Positions 1 to 7,935 of a stretch of DNA of 23,526 nt are shown here, piece after piece. The number at the start of each line of letters is the position of its first letter. Within the stretch, counting starts at the first letter, position 1. Below the pieces are notes generated by a model, which saw only the letters and a list, made by a program, of their open reading frames with translations, did no database searches and was not told where the DNA came from. The translations under genes were made by a program, and so were the position numbers. Source of the stretch: Opitutales bacterium (GTDB lineage: Bacteria > Verrucomicrobiota > Verrucomicrobiia > Opitutales > UBA9783); NCBI GenBank assembly GCA_024407725.1, contig JAKSVZ010000013.1:1-23526 (forward strand), given 5' to 3'.

Positions 1-683
1 ATCGGGGGAGAGACTTCGGGGGCAGGAGCGTATAACTCCGTGGCCGTCGTAAAACGTCGCAAGAACTCTTGGACAACATACGTACACCCACGGACATCAA
101 TTCCGCGGGCGCATAAAAATTCACCACCCATGATAAAGGGATCATTGTTGTAAACAATGGCATCCCCAATGGATACCCGCTTCAGCGCTTCTTCTTTCGA
201 ATGCGCTCCAATATCAATCCATATGCTGGATAATTTCGGCAATTGCTTACGTTCTTCGGCGGTTAATAAGTGAATGGCACGGCGACCCGTTATCCCATCA
301 ACATAGCCGTTTTTGGTTAAAATGCGTACTTTTCGCCCAGATATTAGCCCAACATCATGACCTCCGATGGTATCAAAAAACAAAAACCCTTCTTTGTTGA
401 TGTAACGGATGATAAAACCAATTTCATCCATGTGGCCCATCAACACAACGCGTGGATTACCCTTGCTGTGGATGGTTGCTAGCCTGTTACCTAAGGCATC
501 CGTTTTGAGTTCTTCTGCAACCGGCTTAATATAGCGTTCAATCACTCGCTGGGCTTCAAATTCATAACCAGAAGGCGATGACGCCCCTAGTAAATCCAGT
601 AAAAATGCGTCTGCTTTTAGAGACTTTGTGCGGGTTGCTTTCGTAGAGCTTTTAGAATTACGGGTGTTTTTTGCGGAATTCAT
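1..683 (-). CDS. M42 family metallopeptidase (glutamyl aminopeptidase / FrvX-CelM-like). N-terminal ~227 aa only; the 3' end runs off the left window edge.
   Basis: Absent from the ORF track because it is open at the edge. Manual minus-strand translation from ATG (681-683) gives MNSAKNTRNSKSSTKATRTKSLKADAFLLDLLGASSPSGYEFEAQRVIERYIKPVAEELKTDALGNRLATIHSKGNPRVVLMGHMDEIGFIIRYINKEGFLFFDTIGG...WIDIGAHSKEEALKRVSIGDAIVY...ARGIDVRGC, with no stop down to position 3. The SGYE, D.LGN, HMDEIGF, F..IGG and D.R.GC blocks occur in the order typical of M42/TET peptidases. Confidence 0.8.
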   Translation of the reverse strand, partial: MNSAKNTRNSKSSTKATRTKSLKADAFLLDLLGASSPSGYEFEAQRVIERYIKPVAEELKTDALGNRLATIHSKGNPRVVLMGHMDEIGFIIRYINKEGFLFFDTIGGHDVGLISGRKVRILTKNGYVDGITGRRAIHLLTAEERKQLPKLSSIWIDIGAHSKEEALKRVSIGDAIVYNNDPFIMGGEFLCARGIDVRGCTYVVQEFLRRFTTATELYAPAPEVSPP

Positions 684-837
684 AAGTAAACTCAGTGTAA
701 TCTGACGACAGGGATTGTCAAGCGTGGCAGTTGCTCCGTTGGATTAGGAGCATAAAATCCCTAAAGATTCTTACAAAAACCGTTGAAAAACAATCACATC
801 CCTTGGGGCGTTTTTATCGGTTGGATGCTTTTAAAGC

Positions 838-882
838 TTGCCCGTAAACAACCTTTAGGTATAATATCCTTGTTCGAACAAG
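838..882 (+). promoter_or_regulatory. Sigma-70-like promoter candidate (TTGCCC-16 nt-TATAAT) followed directly by a perfect 14-nt palindrome (possible operator)
   Basis: TTGCCC at 838-843, a 16-nt spacer, then TATAAT at 860-865. CTTGTTCGAACAAG at 869-882 is a perfect inverted repeat over the expected transcription start. Pattern match only; no known downstream gene. Confidence 0.25.
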
Positions 883-1210
883 ACATATACTTTAATAAAA
901 TGCTCCCAAGGGGATCGTTATATAATTTTGTGGGTGAGCAAATGTTAGGAGTAGATAAAAATTCATTTTTCAACCACGAGATGATAGACAAGTATCATTT
1001 AGTTCGACATCCTATCACAAGTTGCACAACCTTTAGCGGTCAAAAACTTCTTAAAATTGGTAAAAATTCTTGAACTAAATTTATACTATACAAAAACTCA
1101 ATGTCAGTCAAGTTAATTTTGAGTCTGGTGGCTGAACAAATGCCATCACTGATGATAGGATAAGTTGAAAAATATCGACAAGTGTTTTTAAAAGCATTAT
1201 CCCTTTCTTA

Positions 1211-2335
1211 ATGAAAGATATCCCTTATTTTCGCTATAATTATTTATATTCAGAATTTAAAAACGAGCTCGATCGAGCCTTTAGCGAAACCCTTGGCAAG
1301 GGCGCTATCTTGGGGCAGCAAGAATTAAAGGATTTCGAGCAAGCCGTTGCGGATTTTGTAGGCGTTAAATACGCTATTGGAGTAGGCGATGGTACCTCCA
1401 GTCTGCTCTTGATGACACGGGCACTCGGTATCCAAAAAGGGGATGAAGTGATTGTTCCTTCTCATACCTTCGTAGCGACCGCTGCTGCCGTTGCTTGGTG
1501 GGGAGCAACCCCTGTTTTGGTGGATTGCGGCAACGATCATCTGTTGGATGTTGATAAAGTAGAAGCTGCTATTAGTCCCAAAACGAAGGCTATTATCATT
1601 GCTCAGCTGAATGGCCGTACGGGAGAAATGGATCGCCTGCAAGCCATTGCCGACAAACACCATTTGGTGGTACTTGAGGATGCTGCTCAGGCTTTTGGTT
1701 CAAAATTCTTAAACCGTTGTGCAGGAACTTGGGGTATAATGGGTTCTTTTAGCTTCCATCCTGCAAAAACACTGGGTTCCTTTGGCGATGGTGGGATGAT
1801 TGTAACGCAAGATGATGAGTTGGCACACAAGCTGTTTTGTTTGCGCGACCATGGGCGTGATCCTCAAACCAACGAAGTGGTTATGTGGGGCATCAATTCC
1901 CGTTTAGATAACGTACAAGCTGCTATGTTATCGGTAAAATTTAGCCATTATAGCCAAACGATTCAACGGCGCCGCACGATTATGCAACGGTATTGCGATC
2001 GCTTAGCAGGTGTGGCAGAAATAACCATGCCGCCCGCTCCTAATGCGAATGATGGACGCCATTATGATATTGCTCAAAACTGCGAAATTGAGGCAGAAAA
2101 GCGTGACGAATTGCGCAATTTCTTAAAAGAAAACGGAATCGGTACCTTGCTCCCTTGGAATGGACGTGCGATTCATCAATTCCCAAACCTTCAAAGCTCA
2201 ATGCGCTTTGATGTGCGTTCTTTGGAACGAACGGAGTTGCTTTTTAAGCGTTGTATGATGCTTCCGCTCAATACATCGGTTACCGATGACGAAGTGGATT
2301 ATATCTGCGATACGATTCTTAAATTTTATCGCTAA
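1211..2335 (+). CDS. DegT/DnrJ/EryC1/StrS family PLP-dependent sugar aminotransferase
   Basis: 374 aa ORF with ATG start. Family-typical blocks: GDEVIVPSHTFVATA, VLEDAAQAFGS and SFSFHPAKTLGSFGDGGMIVT (PLP lysine in the PAK context). Confidence 0.9.
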   Translation: MKDIPYFRYNYLYSEFKNELDRAFSETLGKGAILGQQELKDFEQAVADFVGVKYAIGVGDGTSSLLLMTRALGIQKGDEVIVPSHTFVATAAAVAWWGATPVLVDCGNDHLLDVDKVEAAISPKTKAIIIAQLNGRTGEMDRLQAIADKHHLVVLEDAAQAFGSKFLNRCAGTWGIMGSFSFHPAKTLGSFGDGGMIVTQDDELAHKLFCLRDHGRDPQTNEVVMWGINSRLDNVQAAMLSVKFSHYSQTIQRRRTIMQRYCDRLAGVAEITMPPAPNANDGRHYDIAQNCEIEAEKRDELRNFLKENGIGTLLPWNGRAIHQFPNLQSSMRFDVRSLERTELLFKRCMMLPLNTSVTDDEVDYICDTILKFYR

Positions 2336-2364
2336 GGTTCCTCTGTCGAGTACATTCATTGCCT

Positions 2365-3171
2365 ATGGTCGTTACACCTTCTGAATTAGCGCGGCAGGTA
2401 CGCTTAGATGCTTTGGATATGATTAACAAAGCACGTTCTTCGCACCTAGGAAGTAATTTTTCCATCGCGGATTTATTGGCGGTCTTATATACTCGTTTTT
2501 TAACCTTTGACGCTGCATGCCCTAAATGGGAACAGCGTGATCGCTTCTTGCTGAGCAAGGGGCATTCAGTGGCCGTTTTATATAGCGTTTTGGCGCGCGT
2601 GGGATTTTTTTCGCCCGAGCGCCTAAAAACCTTTTATCAATGCGGAAGCGATTTGTTGGGTCATGCGCATGCAAGCGTTCCGGGGATTGAACTATCCACT
2701 GGCAGCTTGGGTCATGCGTTGGGGGTCGCAAGCGGCATTGCGTTAGCCGGCAAGCGTAAAAATCAAGGGTTTAAGACGGTAGTGTTGTTATCCGATGGTG
2801 AATTGGATGAAGGGTCTGTTTGGGAAGCTGTTTTGTTCGCGCAACATCAGCAATTGAGCAACCTATACGCGATTATTGATTACAATAAGATTCAAAGTTT
2901 GGATCGCGTTGCCAATGTGTTGCGTTTGGAGCCATTAAGAGCCAAATGGGAAGCGTTTAACTGGGAGGTGTTAGAGTGCGACGGCCATGATTATGCTGCC
3001 ATCGAAGCTCAATTGAAAGCCTTTCGTTCGTCTACCCAACCCCATGTGTTGATTGCGCATACGATTAAGGGGAAAGGCGTATCGTTTATGGAGGATACAG
3101 TCCTATGGCATTATCGAAGCCCAGATGCAACGGAATATGCAGCTGCTAAAAAGGAGTTAGAACATGCGTGA
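2365..3171 (+). CDS. Transketolase, N-terminal (ThDP pyrophosphate-binding) subunit of a split transketolase
   Basis: Contains SKGHSVAVLYSVLA, GSLGHALGVASGIALA and LSDGELDEGSVWEA (a GDG-type ThDP motif). The ORF track starts at TTG 2359; I prefer the in-frame ATG at 2365. The stop overlaps the next gene by 8 nt. Confidence 0.88.
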   Translation: MVVTPSELARQVRLDALDMINKARSSHLGSNFSIADLLAVLYTRFLTFDAACPKWEQRDRFLLSKGHSVAVLYSVLARVGFFSPERLKTFYQCGSDLLGHAHASVPGIELSTGSLGHALGVASGIALAGKRKNQGFKTVVLLSDGELDEGSVWEAVLFAQHQQLSNLYAIIDYNKIQSLDRVANVLRLEPLRAKWEAFNWEVLECDGHDYAAIEAQLKAFRSSTQPHVLIAHTIKGKGVSFMEDTVLWHYRSPDATEYAAAKKELEHA

Positions 3172-4069
3172 TAGCTTTGTTGAATGTCTACGGCAGGCAG
3201 CCATGAAGGATCCGAACATCCTTCTATTGACCGGAGATTTGGGCTTTGGGGTTCTCAACCGCTTTGTAGAAAGCATACCGCAGCAGTGTATTAACATGGG
3301 AATTGCTGAGCAAAACATGACTGGGGTGGCGGCAGGGTTAGCGTTGGAAGGTTATCGGGTATTTACCTATTCCATCGGTAATTTTAGCAGTTTGCGTTGC
3401 TTGGAGCAGATCCGCAATGATGTTTGTTATCCCAAGGCGAATGTAAATGTTATTTCAATCGGCAGTGGCTTGGGTTATGGTTCATTGGGCATGAGCCACC
3501 ATGCAACCGAGGATGTCAGTATTTTACGGAGCTTACCGAATTTGGCGGTGTATAGCCCTTCGGATTACGCAGAAGTGGTAGCCGTTGCTCAAGCGTGTTT
3601 GACCGAATCGGGACCAAGCTATATCCGTTTGCCGCGCATTAAGGCCGACCCTCAAGCGTTACGGTCGGTTAAGGTGGATGCTTGCAATGGATTCGGAACT
3701 GACCATCAACGGCCGTTGGTTTTGCTTACCCACGGCTCTTGTTTGGCTCAAGCTCAAGCGATAGCAGAGCAAATTCCTTGCGATATTTATACCGTTCCTC
3801 GCATTAAACCCTTGCCAACCAATCTGGAGGCTATCCTCAAAGGGCGTACGCAGGTCATTACCTTGGAACAGCACAATTTAGACGGCGGCTTTGGGAGTGC
3901 GATTGGCGAATGGCTTTTGGATCATGCGATTGCCCTGCCTTTGATTCGCTTAGGGTTGCCCAATATCTTTTTAACGCAAGGTGGTACCGATCAGGAATTG
4001 AGCCAACAGGCAGGATTAGGGGTTGCTCAATGCGTGCAAACGATTCAACAACGGATGACTCATGCGTAA
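3164..4069 (+). CDS. Transketolase, C-terminal (pyrimidine-binding plus C-terminal domain) subunit
   Basis: 301 aa. GIAEQNMTGVAAGLALEG and SIGSGLGYGSLGMSHHATEDV are typical of the Tkt pyrimidine-binding domain. ATG start lies inside the preceding stop region (ATGCGTGA). Confidence 0.88.
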   Translation: MRDSFVECLRQAAMKDPNILLLTGDLGFGVLNRFVESIPQQCINMGIAEQNMTGVAAGLALEGYRVFTYSIGNFSSLRCLEQIRNDVCYPKANVNVISIGSGLGYGSLGMSHHATEDVSILRSLPNLAVYSPSDYAEVVAVAQACLTESGPSYIRLPRIKADPQALRSVKVDACNGFGTDHQRPLVLLTHGSCLAQAQAIAEQIPCDIYTVPRIKPLPTNLEAILKGRTQVITLEQHNLDGGFGSAIGEWLLDHAIALPLIRLGLPNIFLTQGGTDQELSQQAGLGVAQCVQTIQQRMTHA

Positions 4070-4790
4070 CGCGTTTTGGTATTGCTTGGCCGTTGGAATT
4101 GCACTTTGCTTGCTGCCGGTCATTGCCCTGTGCGCCCTTTGTGTTTATGCGTATGACCGCCACAATCCCTTTTATGTTTCGCAACGCATTGGGAAGGATG
4201 GTCGGCCATTCAAACTGATTAAATTGCGTTCTATGCGGATTGATCCATGCAATTGCCATCGGGATTCAACCGCTAGCAACGACCCGCGGATTACACCCAT
4301 CGGGGCTTTTATTCGTAAGTTCAAAATCGATGAATTTACGCAAATCATCAATGTGATTAAGGGCGATATGATGTTCGTAGGGCCTCGCCCACAGGTGCCT
4401 GTTGAGGTTCAACGTTATACGGATGTAGAACGCGGGATATTGGCGGTTAAACCAGGGATTACCGATATCGCTTCCATTGTGTTTGCCGATGAAGCTGAGT
4501 TGTTGAGCGGTTCTGACAATCCGGATTTGTTGTATGCGCAAATTGAACGACCTTGGAAGTCACGTTTGGCCTTGTTGTACATCCAGCATGCTTCCTTTAA
4601 GTTGGATGTACAGTTGGCGGTTTTGACGTTTATCAATAGCTTTGCGCGCCCGTGGGTCTTGCGACGCTTAAGCGCTATTGTGGTGCATTGGCCGATGAAT
4701 CCACCGGATTTAAGGGAAATTATTGGACGCACAAAAGCGCCTTATGCTTATCCCGTACCGGGTAAGGATGAAGTGATCCAAGCGCTATAA
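4062..4790 (+). CDS. Small monotopic phosphoglycosyl transferase (bacterial sugar transferase family, PglC/WbaP C-terminal-domain-like)
   Basis: One N-terminal hydrophobic helix (FWYCLAVGIALCLLPVIALCALCVY). Then PFKLIKLRSM, KIDEFTQ (Asp-Glu dyad position), GDMMFVGPRP and KPGITD. 8-nt overlap with the upstream gene (ATGCGTAA). Confidence 0.85.
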   Translation: MRNAFWYCLAVGIALCLLPVIALCALCVYAYDRHNPFYVSQRIGKDGRPFKLIKLRSMRIDPCNCHRDSTASNDPRITPIGAFIRKFKIDEFTQIINVIKGDMMFVGPRPQVPVEVQRYTDVERGILAVKPGITDIASIVFADEAELLSGSDNPDLLYAQIERPWKSRLALLYIQHASFKLDVQLAVLTFINSFARPWVLRRLSAIVVHWPMNPPDLREIIGRTKAPYAYPVPGKDEVIQAL

Positions 4791-4855
4791 CCAACTGGGT
4801 CGGTTGGCAATAGAGGTTGATTTTAACGCTAAAATTGCTTATTTTTTTAAGCAAA

Positions 4856-6571
4856 ATGGCATCAGCGTTGATCAGTTTATGGGGCATCTTTTGGATGCTG
4901 TTCTTTTTGGGTGCTTCCATCTTTATTCACGAATGGGGACACTTCCTGATGGCCAAAAAACGCGGCTTGCAGGTAACCCGCTTTTCAATTGGTTTTGGAC
5001 CTAAATTGTTTGCTTGGAAACGGGGAGAGACGGAATACTGCCTGTCGTTATTTCCCATTGGTGGTTATGTTGCCATACCCCAACTGGGGATTACGCCCAT
5101 TTTGGAGGGAAAAGGGCAAGCCCCTACGACTCAATCAATTAGCTGCTTAGACAAATGCTTGGTAGCGGTTATGGGCGCCGTATTTAACCTTTTATTTGCG
5201 ATTAGCTTGGCGGGCATCTTATGGGTTTTTGGGGTGCGTATTCCGGAAAGCTATCAAACGCGGACGGTTGGTTATATCCTGCCGGATTATCAAGGACAAG
5301 CTACACCGGCAGCTAAAGCAGGGTTGCAGGTTGGAGATGAAATTCTTTCAGTCGATGGCAGCCCGATTAGCACCTTCACGGATATTGAAAAGAAGATTAT
5401 ATTGGGAACAGGAAGTGACGCAAATGGTCGTCCGCAGGCGGTTGTTGAGTATCGGCGCAACGGTAGCGTGCGGACAGCCACCCTTAACCTGCAGCGTATT
5501 AAAACCAATGAAGTTACGGGCGATGAGGTTCGATTTAGCGGGATTATTGCGCCGCAACAACGTTTGATGATCGATGGGTTTGCAGAAGCATCGCCGGCGG
5601 GGAAATGTGGCTTGAAAGTAGGAGACCGCATCGTTCAGGTGGATGGCATTCCAGTTATGCATGTCGCACAATTGCATCACCATCTGAATGCAAAAGAGCA
5701 CGCATCGGTAACGTTTACCTATGAACGCGATGGGTTGCTGTTTACGGTGGACTGCCCTGTTCAAAGCAATCCCTGCAAACGTGCTTGGTTGCGTTATGGA
5801 AACGACGCTTCCTTTGTGGATTTATACGAACAGGATGGGGCGTTGCAGGTATTGGAACGGCAAGGTTCGATGTTTGCTGCATTCCCCATGGATAGCAGCA
5901 TTGAAACGGTTGATGGTAGGCTGTTTCATCAACTCAAACCCTTGGAGGAGTACCTAGCGCGATCAGATAATAAATGCTTTATGTTCAAAGTGGCTTTGCA
6001 GGGTAAATCCGAGATGGTGACCATTCCTAATGAGAAGCTGCCGGTTCAATTGCATCCGGAAGAAGCGATACGGCGCGTTGGAATTTTCTTTACCCAACCA
6101 ACCGTGTTGGTTCACCCATCGATTGTTCGCCAATTTAAGCATGCCTTTGTATCTACGTTTGAAACCCTAGAGGGGTTGTTGAATCGCCATTCGGATATTA
6201 AGGTTCAACATTTGATGGGTGCGCCGGGAATCATGCGCGTGCTGTATCGTTTTTCCATCGATGATTTCCGCAGCTTGATCAATTTCATCATCATTTTAAA
6301 CATCAACCTAGCGCTGATCAATCTGCTGCCTATTCCCGTATTGGATGGAGGATGCATTTTGTGCGCGCTTGTTGAAAAGATGCGGAAACGTGCGCTGTCT
6401 AAATCCGTTGCTTTGTGGGTTCAAAACACTTTTGCGATTCTGCTATTGAGCTTGATTGGTTATACGATCGTTTTTGACCTGTTGCGTTGGAAAGGGGATC
6501 GGATGTCAGAGGCTCATCAGGATCGATTGCAAAAGCTGATGATTGCTCCTCAACTGCATTCTGAGCGTTGA
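4856..6571 (+). CDS. rseP: RseP/YaeL-type M50 site-2 zinc metalloprotease with PDZ domains, enlarged form
   Basis: HEWGHFLMAKKRG (HExxH in TM1). Two PDZ-like segments (AAKAGLQVGDEILSVDG, AGKCGLKVGDRIVQVDG). C-terminal NLALINLLPIPVLDGG motif. The track ORF begins at TTG 4817; the ATG at 4856 (MASALISLWG...) is more plausible. Confidence 0.85.
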   Translation: MASALISLWGIFWMLFFLGASIFIHEWGHFLMAKKRGLQVTRFSIGFGPKLFAWKRGETEYCLSLFPIGGYVAIPQLGITPILEGKGQAPTTQSISCLDKCLVAVMGAVFNLLFAISLAGILWVFGVRIPESYQTRTVGYILPDYQGQATPAAKAGLQVGDEILSVDGSPISTFTDIEKKIILGTGSDANGRPQAVVEYRRNGSVRTATLNLQRIKTNEVTGDEVRFSGIIAPQQRLMIDGFAEASPAGKCGLKVGDRIVQVDGIPVMHVAQLHHHLNAKEHASVTFTYERDGLLFTVDCPVQSNPCKRAWLRYGNDASFVDLYEQDGALQVLERQGSMFAAFPMDSSIETVDGRLFHQLKPLEEYLARSDNKCFMFKVALQGKSEMVTIPNEKLPVQLHPEEAIRRVGIFFTQPTVLVHPSIVRQFKHAFVSTFETLEGLLNRHSDIKVQHLMGAPGIMRVLYRFSIDDFRSLINFIIILNINLALINLLPIPVLDGGCILCALVEKMRKRALSKSVALWVQNTFAILLLSLIGYTIVFDLLRWKGDRMSEAHQDRLQKLMIAPQLHSER

Positions 6572-6591
6572 GGATGCTCAACTTCTAGAGT

Positions 6592-7935
6592 ATGAAGGGG
6601 AAACAGCTGACGGTTGCTTGTATTTGGATGCTTGCCATCCATACGCTGTTGGGCTCCGATGCTGAAAAGCCTGCTGTACGTACTACGTTTATCAGGCCGG
6701 TTGGCGCTCGTTATGAAACGGATACGCGCGTCGATGAGTATTTTATGTATCCCTTTGGACGTGCGTATCGCGAGGCAAACAGCCGCGGTTGGACGTGTAT
6801 GTTTAACCTCTTCCATTATCGAGTGTATCAGGATGGAGCAGATGTAAGGTCAAACGGAACCTTTATTCCGTTTTATTTCTATCAAAGCGGCTATGGGGAT
6901 GAGGATTATCGGGCCATTTGGCCCATCGGCGGCAAAGCACGTGGGTTCTTAGGGAAGGAACAAGCAGAATGGTTTGCATGGCCTTTATACGTCAAAACCG
7001 TCAAACAAGGTACAACGCATGTTTGGCGTCCTTGGCCTCTATGGGATAAGAGTACGGGGGTGATACAAGGGATGGCGATTTATCCAATCGGTGGTCATTT
7101 TCGCAGCGCAGACCAAGAGGATCGGTTCTTTTTGTGGCCCTTGGGATATAAGTGCCAATCGTTTAAGAAACAGACGCTTCGCAAGGGGTTTTTGCCGTTT
7201 TATGCTTATGAAGAAACCCCCAATGTTAAGGATGTAAGTATTGGGTGGCCGTTTTTTGGGCGTCGGGTCGAACAACAACCTGCGTATCAAGAACGCCGTT
7301 TGTTTTGGCCGCTGGTGGTGATTGGGGAAGGAGAACAGCGTCGTGTGAAGCGCTACGCTCCGTTTTATACCCATTCGGAAAACAAACGAAATAACTACAG
7401 CAAAACGTGGTATCTTTGGCCTTTTATCAAGGACCAACATTGGAAAGAAGGCCGTGTGGATATTCACCAAGAACAGGTGTTGTATTTTCTTTTTTGGCAT
7501 CAAGAGCAGTTTGAGCACGATACCCATCGGTTTTTAGGCTCTAAAACGCACTTTTGGCCCTTATATAGCTATTGGGATAACGGTCAAGGGCATAGGCAGA
7601 TGCAGATGATTAGCCCCATTGAACCCATTTTTCAAAACCATGAGACACTGCGTGACCTTTACATGCCGGTTTTTAACCTTTACCGCTACGACGAAACCCC
7701 AGAGGTGATTCAACAAAGCTTTTTGTTCAATTGTTTCAAAGAGCGCAGAACCGTGCAAACCGGAGAGGTTGAGATGGATGGCGGTTTTTTGGTGTCGTAT
7801 GCCAATACCCAAAAGAAAAAAGGTTTTTCTTTGCTCAAAGGACTGATAGAATATAAAAAGGTGGACGATGTTAAAACCTTTAGGTTATTTTGGATTCCAT
7901 TAACCTCGAACTCGAAAGATAAGAAGAGCAAGTGA
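6592..7935 (+). CDS. Secreted/envelope protein of unknown family with a ~18-20 aa aromatic-Pro repeat
   Basis: 447 aa. N-terminal signal-peptide-like MKGKQLTVACIWMLAIHTLLGSDA. At least 12 copies of an [FWYL][WYLAI]P[LIF] motif with regular spacing (details in findings). Its stop TGA (7933-7935) overlaps the GTG start of the MlaE-like gene (GTGA). I recognise no family. Confidence 0.75.
   Translation: MKGKQLTVACIWMLAIHTLLGSDAEKPAVRTTFIRPVGARYETDTRVDEYFMYPFGRAYREANSRGWTCMFNLFHYRVYQDGADVRSNGTFIPFYFYQSGYGDEDYRAIWPIGGKARGFLGKEQAEWFAWPLYVKTVKQGTTHVWRPWPLWDKSTGVIQGMAIYPIGGHFRSADQEDRFFLWPLGYKCQSFKKQTLRKGFLPFYAYEETPNVKDVSIGWPFFGRRVEQQPAYQERRLFWPLVVIGEGEQRRVKRYAPFYTHSENKRNNYSKTWYLWPFIKDQHWKEGRVDIHQEQVLYFLFWHQEQFEHDTHRFLGSKTHFWPLYSYWDNGQGHRQMQMISPIEPIFQNHETLRDLYMPVFNLYRYDETPEVIQQSFLFNCFKERRTVQTGEVEMDGGFLVSYANTQKKKGFSLLKGLIEYKKVDDVKTFRLFWIPLTSNSKDKKSK

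Noticed and set aside
783-1073. 96-codon TTG-initiated ORF (and its antisense 794-991) in the long intergenic region
   Set aside because: It has no ATG start or ribosome-binding site, no recognisable motif, and an AT-rich composition typical of non-coding DNA. It is kept only as part of the intergenic-region finding, not as a gene call.
7039-7527. 162-codon antisense ORF inside the repeat-protein gene; similar antisense or off-frame ORFs at 3858-4259, 4415-4732, 5348-5764, 7710-8054 and 16666-17073
   Set aside because: All are embedded in longer ORFs with strong family motifs or operon-coupled boundaries. None has a recognisable domain, and several begin at non-ATG codons.
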